Below, piece by piece: positions 48,579-58,037 of a stretch of DNA of 64,000 nucleotides. The notes under the pieces were generated by a model, which was given only the letters and a program-made list of their open reading frames with translations, searched no databases and was not told the origin of the DNA. Position numbers and translations under genes: made by a program. The stretch's first letter is position 1. The number at the start of each line of letters is the position of its first letter. Source of the DNA: Candidatus Fermentibacteraceae bacterium (GTDB lineage: Bacteria > Fermentibacterota > Fermentibacteria > Fermentibacterales > JCC-6); contig JBGSZS010000005.1 in the NCBI GenBank assembly GCA_041750285.1, positions 1 through 64,000 of the forward strand, given 5' to 3'.

Positions 48579-49472
48579 CTAAGGCCGCCAGGGGAGAGGG
48601 CTTCTGATGCTGCTCCTGTCGGCGCCGGTCACCATGAGATTCCTCCACTGGAGGAGCTGGGCCACCGAGTAGAGGCTCATGTCGATGCGACCTATCGCGT
48701 AGAGCCCGAATTCGTCCCCGTACACACGGGAGAAGTTCGTCATCATTCCGTCGACGATGTAGGCGGTTGTGGCTGAAGGCCTGCCGTTCCATGTCATCCG
48801 GGACATCGCGGTCTGGACTTCGCCGGTCCTGGGGACGGATCCGCCGGGATAGGCAAAGGCCCTGACCTCACCCGTCCGCAATCCGAGGAGGGGTCTGAAG
48901 CGGTTCAAGGCGCCGTTGACCTGGTTCTTCCAGCCTTCGGCAGGGAGACGGTGGAACGAGGTGTGGTTGAGGGAGTGGTTGCCGAGTTCATGGCCCATGT
49001 CCAGCAGGTAATGGAACTTCTCCATGGAGTCGCGGCCGAAGGGGACCTTGTCCCAGCTCACGAAAAAGGTCACACCGCCCCCGAAGTCGGGATGGTCTTC
49101 CAGGAAGCCCTGAACGATCCCGAGAGCGCTTGCGGGGTCGGGCAGTTCCGTTCCCGGAAGGAGACGGAAGTTGTCCTCCCAGCCGTCATCGAACGTCAGC
49201 ATCACGGGTCTTTTGCCGGCCGGGACATGCATGAGCCCGTTCTCGATGTCGCGGGGGGTGATGAGGAAGAAGCCGTTCTCGTAAAGGGCCTGGAGATCGT
49301 TTGAGAGCCTGTAGGTCGAAACCCCGTACTGAACCGGGGGGTTGCTCACGTGATGGTAGCAGAGCACAGGTATGCCGCTGGGAAAGTCTTCCGGATCGGG
49401 TTCGACGTACTCGAGCGGGGGGGCCGTGAAGAGCCCCGCAGCGATGAGGCAGAACGGAAGGAATGCCGTCAT
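48579..49472 (-). CDS. polysaccharide deacetylase (NodB/CE4), exported
   Basis: PVLCYHHV, LTFDDG, GNHSLNH, FAYPGG; signal-like N-terminus. Confidence 0.88.
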   Translation of the reverse strand: MTAFLPFCLIAAGLFTAPPLEYVEPDPEDFPSGIPVLCYHHVSNPPVQYGVSTYRLSNDLQALYENGFFLITPRDIENGLMHVPAGKRPVMLTFDDGWEDNFRLLPGTELPDPASALGIVQGFLEDHPDFGGGVTFFVSWDKVPFGRDSMEKFHYLLDMGHELGNHSLNHTSFHRLPAEGWKNQVNGALNRFRPLLGLRTGEVRAFAYPGGSVPRTGEVQTAMSRMTWNGRPSATTAYIVDGMMTNFSRVYGDEFGLYAIGRIDMSLYSVAQLLQWRNLMVTGADRSSIRSPLPWRP

Positions 49473-50191
49473 GATGAGGGTATCACCGTGAACCTGTCCA
49501 GCTCCACCCTGATGCCGGCATCGATGAAAACGCCCGCAACGCCCATGGCGGGCATTCTGAGGCGGACCACCTGGATGAGTTGCCCGTTCACGAAGAAGTC
49601 GATGTAGCTGCCGTGAACCTGGGCTGACAACTCGACCGAAGGCATGGAGAAGGGGAGGAGCCTGCTCCGCTCGAAGCTGCCGAGTCCCATGACCGTGAAC
49701 CACATTCCGTTGCGGCATTCCTGAACGGTGTACTGCCCCCGTGAGTTCACCCCCAGAAGGACGAAGTTCCTTTCATCGGCCGCCCTGAGAACCAGCCCAA
49801 CCACGGAATGAAGCGGCGCTTCGACAAGGTTGAACCTGGCTTCGACCATTCCGTCACGGACCAGGCCGGCGGTGCTGAGGAGCACGACGGGTTCGATGCC
49901 CGGGAGATTGTCGATCTGGAGGGCTCCGCCGTAGGTCTCGTAGGGGACGTATTGGCCGAAGGGGCGGTCTAAGGAGCTGTCGAAGAGGCAGTTCACCAGG
50001 GTATCGCCGGGAACGAGCGGAGTTGGGGGGACGTCATCCGGGGATGGCTGTCCCGCTGTCGGAGGGACGCCCCTTATGGAACCAGCGAAAAAGCCGCTTG
50101 TCCTGGAGTCCCTTCCACAGGATGCGACCAATGGAAGCAGGATGAGGATCGGAAGTGGGATCATGGAGACCGGAACCGGGTATTTTTTCAT
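49469..50191 (-). CDS. hypothetical lipoprotein with ConA/DUF1080-like beta-sandwich
   Basis: Lipobox VASC; GLVLRA, IDFFVNGQLI, GVAGV...VELDRFTV pattern. Confidence 0.6.
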   Translation of the reverse strand: MKKYPVPVSMIPLPILILLPLVASCGRDSRTSGFFAGSIRGVPPTAGQPSPDDVPPTPLVPGDTLVNCLFDSSLDRPFGQYVPYETYGGALQIDNLPGIEPVVLLSTAGLVRDGMVEARFNLVEAPLHSVVGLVLRAADERNFVLLGVNSRGQYTVQECRNGMWFTVMGLGSFERSRLLPFSMPSVELSAQVHGSYIDFFVNGQLIQVVRLRMPAMGVAGVFIDAGIRVELDRFTVIPSS

Positions 50192-50238
50192 GAGCGGTTT
50201 TCCATTAGGGTTGTGGTGAAGAGAAAGGGCGGGAATCC

Positions 50239-51033
50239 ATGCGAAAAACTAAGGTTGCCCTGCTTCTTTGTCCAGTGCTTTCCTGCGGGACGGGCAACGG
50301 AGACGGCGCGGCCATTCCTTCCCTCCCGGATCCCGCCGCTTTCATGGCTGGCGCAGGGGTAACGGTGACAGCCACGGAGGTCGGGAACCGCATGGAACCG
50401 TTGTTCCTTGACGGGACGGACCAGCTTGTCCTTGATTCGGTGACGACCGCCGCAACGGTGGAACCGGGCGACACACTGGCAAGGCTCAGGGACCCGGTCA
50501 GCACTTTCATCGAGTCGAGGATCTCCATGGAAGCGGCACTCGAGGAAGCCCGGGGGAATGCCGCTGGTGCTGACAGCCTCAGACGCATACTCGAGTCACC
50601 GCCGTGGTTCAGGTACCTCATCTCGGACCGTGCGGGTTCGGTGACCTTCCCCCGCCCCGGTGCCCTTCTGAACCCCGGCGACACCGTGGCATTGATAAGC
50701 ACGGTCCTTTCGAACGATTCGCTCTGGGTGCTCCGGCCGGCCCTCCCCCTTGACTTCTGGCCTCCCGTCCCGGGTCTCGTCCTCACACAGACCTCGCCCG
50801 ACAGCGCAGTGGCGGAGGGGATCGCTCCGGCGCACAGTTTCATCCTTCCCGGAACGTGGGAACTGCCGGCCACGGCCCTGAGGGAGGCCGGGCTTCTTAT
50901 ATTCGTGCTCAGCGCCTCGGGAGACAGCCTTCCCGTGAGGATCCTGGGCGAATCGCCCGCGGGAGTGTACGTATACTGCGAGGAATCACTTGATTCGCTG
51001 CCCCTGGTCCCATGGGCGGCCCGAAGGGAGTAA
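50239..51033 (+). CDS. divergent membrane-fusion-protein-like lipoprotein
   Basis: Lipobox VLSC; lipoyl-like halves VEPGDTLARL and GSV...LNPGDTVALI around a short helix; LPATAL...VRILG. Confidence 0.5.
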   Translation: MRKTKVALLLCPVLSCGTGNGDGAAIPSLPDPAAFMAGAGVTVTATEVGNRMEPLFLDGTDQLVLDSVTTAATVEPGDTLARLRDPVSTFIESRISMEAALEEARGNAAGADSLRRILESPPWFRYLISDRAGSVTFPRPGALLNPGDTVALISTVLSNDSLWVLRPALPLDFWPPVPGLVLTQTSPDSAVAEGIAPAHSFILPGTWELPATALREAGLLIFVLSASGDSLPVRILGESPAGVYVYCEESLDSLPLVPWAARRE

Positions 51034-51039
51034 TACGGA

Positions 51040-52272
51040 ATGACACGGATCGGCTTCAGCTCATCCTTCGATCATCCCAGGATCTCGCGGGACACCGTGG
51101 ATCAACTGCTTCTGTTCAGGAAGCAGGGACGGCTCGGGTTCATGGAGCTTCCAGGCAACGAGCCCCTCCTTGACGCATCACTGGAAATGGCTTCAAATGC
51201 TGCTTCCATGGGCAATACAATGCTTGTCTGCGGGATCGGTGGTTCAAGCCTGGGCCTCAGGGCCCTGCTCTCGGCCCTCGGCAACCCATCAGGCAGGTCG
51301 GTCAGGGTCCTCGAATCACCCGACACGAGGCTTCTGAGGGGCGTAACCGAAACCTGCGACCCCCGTGACACAACGCTTGCCGTGATCACGAAGAGCGGCG
51401 GCACATCCGAAACCCTCTCCCTGTTCATGAAACTGCACCCATGGATCGGATGCGATTCGAGGGTCTTCGCGGTGACCGACCCGGAGCGGGGAGACCTCAG
51501 GAAGCTTGCGACTGACCGCGGCTTCCACACTCTTCCCGTTCCCCCGGCAGTTGGCGGACGATACAGTGTTCTCAGCCCGGTGGGGCTCTTCCCGGCGGCC
51601 TTCGCCGGAATTGACGTGAGGTCCGTTCTGGCGGGAGCGGGTGGAATGCTGGACGACTTCCTCGAAAACGGCCCCGACAGCACCGCGGGAAGGGTCGCGG
51701 CAGCTTGTCTCGACTGCTTTCACACCCATCCCGTGCATGTTTTCATGCCCTACACCGATCTCCTTTACGATACTGCGCTATGGTTCGCGCAGCTCTGGGC
51801 CGAAAGCCTCGGAAAGGCCCGCAGCCTCGACGGAACACCGACCTGCACCGGTCAGACCCCGATTGCCTGCCGCGGCCCCTCCGATCAGCACTCGCTGGTC
51901 CAGCTTTTCATGGAGGGCCCGATGGACAAGATGTTCACCATCGTCGGCGAGACTCCCCCTGAAAAAGGCAGGGTCGTCCCCGGACCCTACTCTGAATACC
52001 CTTCGATGTCGTTCCTTGAAGGAAGAAGCCCCGACGAGCTGCGCAGCGCGGAGGAAGAGGCAACCGCCTCGGCCCTTGTTGAACGGGGGCTTCCAGTCTG
52101 CCGTCTTTCCATTCCGGCGGTTTCAGCGGAAGTGATGGGGGCGGTGTTCATGCTGTATCAGATCGCCACGGTACTCACGGGACTCGCCCTGAACGTGGAC
52201 CCCCTCGACCAGCCCGGGGTGGAGCGGGGGAAGATCCTCACCTTCAGGGCCATGGGAAGGGCGGGCTTCTGA
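51040..52272 (+). CDS. pgi: glucose-6-phosphate isomerase
   Basis: GIGGSSLG, TKSGGTSET, VGGRYSV, QLWAESLGK, DQHS..QL, DQPGVE.GK. Confidence 0.93.
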   Translation: MTRIGFSSSFDHPRISRDTVDQLLLFRKQGRLGFMELPGNEPLLDASLEMASNAASMGNTMLVCGIGGSSLGLRALLSALGNPSGRSVRVLESPDTRLLRGVTETCDPRDTTLAVITKSGGTSETLSLFMKLHPWIGCDSRVFAVTDPERGDLRKLATDRGFHTLPVPPAVGGRYSVLSPVGLFPAAFAGIDVRSVLAGAGGMLDDFLENGPDSTAGRVAAACLDCFHTHPVHVFMPYTDLLYDTALWFAQLWAESLGKARSLDGTPTCTGQTPIACRGPSDQHSLVQLFMEGPMDKMFTIVGETPPEKGRVVPGPYSEYPSMSFLEGRSPDELRSAEEEATASALVERGLPVCRLSIPAVSAEVMGAVFMLYQIATVLTGLALNVDPLDQPGVERGKILTFRAMGRAGF

Positions 52273-53489
52273 CGGCATCCCTTCTGCTCTGCGTCATGTC
52301 CGTCACTGGCGGACACCTCTCCAATGACTGGTACATGCTTCTGGAGGATCGCTGGGAATGGAGCGCGACAGCTCCATACCTTGCTTCCGGCGGCTTTGCA
52401 GGGGTGCTTTCGGACGGGATGCCCCTGGTTCCGTTCGGGGCCGCCCCCGTTCCACCCTCGACTGAAAGACGCCTCACCGCAGTCGCCAATCCAATCGAGT
52501 CCGGGCTCTGGTCGGGCGGGGAGTGGTGCCTCGTCCATGAGTACCCGGAGCTTCCGGAAAGCCTTCTCCAAAGCGGCATTTCCCTTCTCCAGAACACTGA
52601 ACAGCGCAGCAGGTACGCCGTGTACCTTCGCCGAAGGCTTCCCGGAACGCTCCTGGGCTCGTTTTCCACCTCGAGGGGCGATTCCGCCGGCGTTTCCATG
52701 GTGAGGCTATCGAGGGCTCCCATTGGGGCGTACGGGCTTTCATGGGAGGATGGCTACTCGATCGGAGCCGGTTTCGCTCCGGGACCGGCCAGGATAATGG
52801 GCGGCTTCTCCCGGCTTTCCCCGGGCGACAGAAGGCCCTCGATCCTCGGTGAGTTCAAAACATACCCTGGAAAGGTATTTCTGGAAGCCGGGCTTGGAAC
52901 AGCCTGGTCGGATCCTGACATCCTCTGGCGTGCGGCACTGCTTGCGGGAGTTTCGATCGATCCGGTCATCATCTCTTTGCATGGGGATATAAACGACAGC
53001 TCCAGCGTTGCTTCCATGGGTGTTTCGTATCCCGAACTTCTCTCCGCCGGTCTCTCCGTTCCCGACTCGGGAGAGGTGAGGGGCTTCATGACGGGCCGTA
53101 TCGGAGCATTCGGTCTATCCGCAAGGTTCGGTGATGTTTCCCGTGCCGCCGCCTCACTCGGGCTTGAGAACGACCTCATTCGGGGAATGGGAGCGGCATG
53201 CTGGGATTTCGACAGCGACTCGCTCAGCCTTGCCGCCTGGGCGCTTCCCGGTGTGAACTGGTACAGGGCCCGCATCGAGGCCGGCGCGAGGGCACGCGCC
53301 GGTATGAACGGTGCAGGTTCCTGGGAGGGGGTTTTCGACGGCCTTCTGGCCTTCACTCTCCGCACTTTCTCATTCGCACTGGCCATTGAGGACTTCACAT
53401 CGGCCGAAGGCACTTCCTGGACCTTCGGTGTCACCTGGAGCTTCAGCGACGCCCCGCCCGAGTACGGAGGGGAGGAGGGGGAGAGATGA
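52269..53489 (+). CDS. hypothetical outer-membrane beta-barrel-like protein
   Basis: Amphipathic strands ending FGVTWSF; in-frame CTG at 52269 overlaps the pgi stop and gives a signal-like leader (first ATG is 52296). Confidence 0.55.
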   Translation: MTASLLLCVMSVTGGHLSNDWYMLLEDRWEWSATAPYLASGGFAGVLSDGMPLVPFGAAPVPPSTERRLTAVANPIESGLWSGGEWCLVHEYPELPESLLQSGISLLQNTEQRSRYAVYLRRRLPGTLLGSFSTSRGDSAGVSMVRLSRAPIGAYGLSWEDGYSIGAGFAPGPARIMGGFSRLSPGDRRPSILGEFKTYPGKVFLEAGLGTAWSDPDILWRAALLAGVSIDPVIISLHGDINDSSSVASMGVSYPELLSAGLSVPDSGEVRGFMTGRIGAFGLSARFGDVSRAAASLGLENDLIRGMGAACWDFDSDSLSLAAWALPGVNWYRARIEAGARARAGMNGAGSWEGVFDGLLAFTLRTFSFALAIEDFTSAEGTSWTFGVTWSFSDAPPEYGGEEGER

Positions 53490-54070
53490 CAGGTGTTCCA
53501 ATAGGCGTCCTGGCAAGTGGCAGGGGCAGCAATTTTTCGGCCCTCGTCAGGGGAGACACGTCACCCGGTTTCGTGCGGGTGCTTCTTTCCGACGATCCCG
53601 GCGCTCCCGCGCTCGTCCTCGCCCGTGAACTGGGGGTGGAGGGGGCTTACCTCTACCCCGGCCCCCGCAGGACCCGTTTCGATGAGGCGTGTGAGAAGGA
53701 ATGGGCACAATTTCTCCTTGCAAGGGGTGTTGAACTGGTATGCCTGGCGGGTCTGATGAGGGTGCTGAAGGGCCCCCTCCTTGATGCGTTCCCCGGACGG
53801 ATCCTGAACATACATCCCTCGCTGCTCCCGTCATTCCCCGGCCTCGACGCACAGGGACAGGCAATCAGGCACGGAGTGAAGGTGTCGGGATGCACCGTTC
53901 ACTACGTCGACAGAGGAGTGGACACGGGACCCATCCTTCTGCAGACCCCTGTCAGGGTCAAACCGTGCGACGACCGCGAGTCTCTTTCCGAACGGATCCT
54001 CAGGGCCGAGCACCTGCTCTACCCAAAAGCCGTCAGGCTGCACCTCCAAAGGGAAGCCCCGCGCAGCTGA
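53486..54070 (+). CDS. purN: phosphoribosylglycinamide formyltransferase
   Basis: LASGRGSNF, LAGLMR, NIHPSLLPSFPG, GCTVHYVD.GVDTGPI. Confidence 0.96.
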   Translation: MTGVPIGVLASGRGSNFSALVRGDTSPGFVRVLLSDDPGAPALVLARELGVEGAYLYPGPRRTRFDEACEKEWAQFLLARGVELVCLAGLMRVLKGPLLDAFPGRILNIHPSLLPSFPGLDAQGQAIRHGVKVSGCTVHYVDRGVDTGPILLQTPVRVKPCDDRESLSERILRAEHLLYPKAVRLHLQREAPRS

Positions 54071-54084
54071 ATCACCGGCGCCCC

Positions 54085-54113
54085 TTGAAGATTGGCGCGA
54101 TTCCATAGATATT
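54085..54113 (+). promoter_or_regulatory. candidate sigma70 promoter
   Basis: TTGAAG-N17-GATATT in the purN/M15 gap; same layout as upstream of cmk. Confidence 0.4.
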
Positions 54114-54117
54114 CCGG

Positions 54118-55080
54118 GTGTCAGGTAAACAGGGAAAGGCGGTTCCGGTGGCATTCTCCGTGGCGGGGTTCATCTGGCTTCTACTGCTGGGTGTACCCGA
54201 CGATCCCATACCCGCTGAACCCGCATTCCCGCTCATGGTGAACGGCAGCCCGCTTTCCGCGCACATGGCTGCATTCATCGCTGAAGCCGGTTCACAGGTG
54301 CATGTTTCGTGCCCGGATTCGGTTGAGTGGGCTTTCGCTGACGAAAGGGGTTCGGGACGCGAGTTCAGCTTCATGCTTTCCCGGAACCATGGCGTGTTCT
54401 CGCTCACTGCCCGGAACGGATCATCCATCCAGGAGTGGGCCGTCCTGGTCCCGGTCGACGGAAGCAGGATGCGCACCACAACGCTGAATTCATACCCGAT
54501 GGGTTTTTTCGGGGGAACCGGGGCGGTCACAAGGCGCCACATTCCGGACCGCTTCATCGAACTCAATGGCTCCACCATCGGAACGAGGCTCTCGACCCAC
54601 TTCGTCATAAGCGACTTCCTGTGCACCATCCGTGGCGACTGGCCCCAGTACATGGCCCTCGACCTTCGGCTCGTACAGAAGCTCGAAGCCCTTCTTGCCG
54701 AGGTCAGGAACTTTTACCCCGAGGCCAGGGATGTCCACATCATCAGCGGCTTTCGCACACCGGCCTACAACGCGGCCATAGGCAACGAAACCGACACGTC
54801 CCTTCACCTTTACGGCAAGGCGGCCGATTTCTGGATCGAGGGCTGGCCCGGGAACGACCTCATGGACGATGTCGACCGCAACAAGAGGATAGACGTCTAC
54901 GACGGCGAATACCTGATAGGGCTCGTCAGGGCCCTCGAGGCCCGGGGGGACGTTGCCGCGGGCGGCGCCTCCGCCTACAGGTGGACCGAATCCCACGGGC
55001 CCTACGTTCACGTCGACACCAGGGGCAGCGCGGCCCGATGGCAGACCAGGCGAAGCCTGGTTACCGACCCCGTGATCTGA
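54118..55080 (+). CDS. peptidase M15A / YcbK(MepK)-like Zn peptidase, exported
   Basis: LSTHF, ISGFRTPAYN, SLHLYGKAADF, HVDTRG; start uncertain. Confidence 0.85.
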   Translation: MSGKQGKAVPVAFSVAGFIWLLLLGVPDDPIPAEPAFPLMVNGSPLSAHMAAFIAEAGSQVHVSCPDSVEWAFADERGSGREFSFMLSRNHGVFSLTARNGSSIQEWAVLVPVDGSRMRTTTLNSYPMGFFGGTGAVTRRHIPDRFIELNGSTIGTRLSTHFVISDFLCTIRGDWPQYMALDLRLVQKLEALLAEVRNFYPEARDVHIISGFRTPAYNAAIGNETDTSLHLYGKAADFWIEGWPGNDLMDDVDRNKRIDVYDGEYLIGLVRALEARGDVAAGGASAYRWTESHGPYVHVDTRGSAARWQTRRSLVTDPVI

Positions 55081-55099
55081 TCCACCGGAAGGAACGGTT

Positions 55100-55879
55100 T
55101 TGAAATCCAACCAGTACCATGTCGTGCTTTTCTCGATCGTTGTCCTGTGCCTTGCGGTGAGCCTCTTCACACTCGCCGGCTCCACCGGGCGAATGCGTGC
55201 CTACTGCTCGATCATCGAGGCCAGGCACGCAAGCGATTCCCTGTCGCTGGACACCCTGACTGCGGTGAACGCTTTCCTGGTCTCCGGGCTGGACTCGCTG
55301 CGGATACTCAGGTACCGCAACGACAGCCTCACGGCGCGTCTCACCGAGGCAGACCTTGCCCTGACCTACCCGGGCTACTATCTGGTGATCGACGCAACGC
55401 AGAACCGCTTTCATCTGCGAAGGGGGAACATCCTCGTCCGCTCGGGCTTCGTTGGCACCGGCAAGGGCTGGACGGAGAGCTCCGCCGGACAAGCCTGGGA
55501 TTTCAGCACGCCCAGGGGGCTTCGCCATGTGCTCTACAAGACCCAGAATCCCTACTGGTACCGTCCGGACTGGTACTGGCAGGAGCAGAGCCTGAGACCT
55601 CCCACCCCCGGACAGGAGGTCACGATACCCGAAGGCCTGAGCTGGGAGGAGCAGATCAGCTACTTCAACGATTCGCTGACATCATCGGAGCGGGTCTGGG
55701 TCAGGGTTGTTCCCGGCGCCCTCGGGAGCTACGCCCTCGACCTCGGCGGCGGCATACTCCTGCATTACGGCGTGGGGAGGGGCCTCAACGTGAGCCACGG
55801 ATGCATCCGGCTGGCAACTGACGATCTCGAGGCCATATTCAGAACACTCGAGATCGGTTCGCCGGTTCTCATATACTGA
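55100..55879 (+). CDS. L,D-transpeptidase (YkuD family), membrane-anchored
   Basis: STPRG, PYWYRPDW, LLHYG...SHGCIRL, GSPVLIY. Confidence 0.88.
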   Translation: MKSNQYHVVLFSIVVLCLAVSLFTLAGSTGRMRAYCSIIEARHASDSLSLDTLTAVNAFLVSGLDSLRILRYRNDSLTARLTEADLALTYPGYYLVIDATQNRFHLRRGNILVRSGFVGTGKGWTESSAGQAWDFSTPRGLRHVLYKTQNPYWYRPDWYWQEQSLRPPTPGQEVTIPEGLSWEEQISYFNDSLTSSERVWVRVVPGALGSYALDLGGGILLHYGVGRGLNVSHGCIRLATDDLEAIFRTLEIGSPVLIY

Positions 55880-55902
55880 CACCTTTCAAGACGGGAGAAC
55901 AC

Positions 55903-57165
55903 TTGCTCTCAGGCATCATCGGAACGCGCGGAAAGGCCGAGAAGAACGCGGTACTCCTCATAATCCTGTGTGCCGTGTGCGCGGTGCTGCTGATGCTGTT
56001 CATCCCCGGGATGCGCGGGGGCGGGGTGGAACCGACGGGATCATCCTCCGGACACGCCGCTCTCCCGGCGCAGGAAGCGCCTGCCGTCTCGAGAGAACTG
56101 CCCGTTGAGTGGCCCCAGGCCGGATTCAGCTCTCTCGGGAACCCGGCGTGGGGGGAGGGGGTCAGGGCTCCCTTCGAACAGATCTGGAAACTCGAGACCG
56201 GGTACGAGTTCTTCTCCGCGCCCGTCCTTCTCGACAGCGTTCTGTACGTGGGATGCAACGACATGAACTTCAGGGCGATCGATGCGGGAAGCGGCAGGGT
56301 TCTATGGAGCCACGCCGTTGTCTGCGGCCTTTCAGGGGGCGCCTCCGGTGACGGGTCAAGGATCTGGTTCGGCGGGCAGGACGGCATCGTCTACTGTCTC
56401 GACCGGACGAGCGGCCAAACCATCTGGACTTCCGGCCTTGGCTACCATGTCTTCAGCGACGCCGCTCTTTTCCGCGACACCATAATCCTTGCGGGGACGA
56501 GCATGGGCGGCGTTGCGGCGCTGCACGCGGGAACCGGAAGGCTTCTCTGGGACCGGGAACTCGACGGCCTGGTGCTTGGTCCCGCCGTAAGCGACACCAT
56601 TGCCGTCTTCGTGACCGAGAGCGGTGATGTGGCGGCCTTCACCCCCACAGGAACGATTCTCTGGAACAGGAGCTTCACTTCTCAGCCCTCGGCGCCGACG
56701 ATCTGCGGCCCGGCGGTCTTCATCGGTTTTTCGAGCGGCAAGGTCCTGTCTTTCAGCCTGAGCGGGGGAGAAACGCTCTGGGAAACCCAACTGCCGGACG
56801 TGTCGGGGAGAACCGTCGTATCAAGGCCTGTCTCAGCGGGATCAATGCTCCTTGCAGGCACGTGCGACAGCAGGCTCGTCTGCCTGGACAGGGAGACGGG
56901 CATTCTTCTCTGGGAAACCCCTTTCGAGAACTGGATGCAGGTTCCACCGGTTGTCTGCGACACCCTGGTCTACGCATCATGCGACGACAGACGCCTTCAT
57001 GTGCTGAGTCTCAACTCCGGGCAGCCCCTCGAATCGGTCGAACTCGATGGCTATTCCGGAACCCAGCCTGTGATCGCAGGCGGGGTTCTCTACCTGGGCA
57101 CCGCCGGCGGACGCTTCGTTGCCCTCAGGGGAACCCCGCCCGAAGAGGGGGAAGCGGACAGGTGA
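55903..57165 (+). CDS. PQQ-like beta-propeller repeat protein, membrane-anchored
   Basis: One TM helix; repeats such as GQDGIVYCLDRTSGQTIW and CLDRETGILLW. Confidence 0.82.
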   Translation: MLSGIIGTRGKAEKNAVLLIILCAVCAVLLMLFIPGMRGGGVEPTGSSSGHAALPAQEAPAVSRELPVEWPQAGFSSLGNPAWGEGVRAPFEQIWKLETGYEFFSAPVLLDSVLYVGCNDMNFRAIDAGSGRVLWSHAVVCGLSGGASGDGSRIWFGGQDGIVYCLDRTSGQTIWTSGLGYHVFSDAALFRDTIILAGTSMGGVAALHAGTGRLLWDRELDGLVLGPAVSDTIAVFVTESGDVAAFTPTGTILWNRSFTSQPSAPTICGPAVFIGFSSGKVLSFSLSGGETLWETQLPDVSGRTVVSRPVSAGSMLLAGTCDSRLVCLDRETGILLWETPFENWMQVPPVVCDTLVYASCDDRRLHVLSLNSGQPLESVELDGYSGTQPVIAGGVLYLGTAGGRFVALRGTPPEEGEADR

Positions 57166-58037
57166 AGCAGACCTGGATACCCAGCGGCTACATCCTCGTG
57201 GCGGGACCGCCGAACACCGGAAAGTCGTCACTCTTCAATGCGATGACAGGCCTGGGAATATCACCGGTCAGCGAAAGGCGCCGGACCACGACCTTTCCCA
57301 TCACGGGTATCTGCAGCGCAGGGGGTTCCCAGGCCTGCTTCGTGGACATGCCCCCACTGGAGGCCGATACCGATACCGATCCCCGCTGGACGGCTGCCTG
57401 CGACGCGGTCATCCTCGTGCTTGACGCCAGACGCTGCATGAATGACTATATGCTTCCCTTCGTGCAGGACTTTCTGCACACCGTCACCGGAAAGCCCCTG
57501 ATCGTTGCACTCGGTCACGGAGACCACCTCCGGGCGAACCTGAGGGCGGCGCTTTCCCTTCAGGCCGGCTTCGAGATGAACTGCGCCGGGGTCGTCACTG
57601 TGTGTCCCCCCATGCGCATGGGAGTTCAGAAGCTTCGCGCCATTGCCATGAGCGCTCTCCCTCTCCGGGAAAGGCTTTTCCCCGGGGGAGTAACCTCGCT
57701 CAACTCCGGAAGGTTCCTGGCCTCACAGGCCATCAGGGCACTTCTGGGAACGGTTCTTCCGGAAGATGTGGCCGGAACGACCGCGGTCCAGATCGAGGAG
57801 TACTCGGCAAGGAACCGCAAGCTCTACGTAAGGGTCAACCTTCTCGTGGCCAGGTCTTCCGACAAGGGCACGGTCATAGGCAGAAAGGGGCAGACCCTCG
57901 CCCGCATCCAGCAGGAAGCCGAGGCGGTGCTCACCGAACTGACCGATCTCCCCGTCCAGAGCGAGATATGGGTGAAGGTCAGGGAAGACTGGCCCGGCAA
58001 CCGGGCCGACCTTCTGGAGTTCGGCTATGCCGACTGA
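57162..58037 (+). CDS. era: Era-like GTPase-KH protein (divergent G motifs)
   Basis: G1 GPPNTGKS; KH VIGRKG..LARI; WVKV..DW; ends FGY. Confidence 0.75.
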   Translation: MKQTWIPSGYILVAGPPNTGKSSLFNAMTGLGISPVSERRRTTTFPITGICSAGGSQACFVDMPPLEADTDTDPRWTAACDAVILVLDARRCMNDYMLPFVQDFLHTVTGKPLIVALGHGDHLRANLRAALSLQAGFEMNCAGVVTVCPPMRMGVQKLRAIAMSALPLRERLFPGGVTSLNSGRFLASQAIRALLGTVLPEDVAGTTAVQIEEYSARNRKLYVRVNLLVARSSDKGTVIGRKGQTLARIQQEAEAVLTELTDLPVQSEIWVKVREDWPGNRADLLEFGYAD

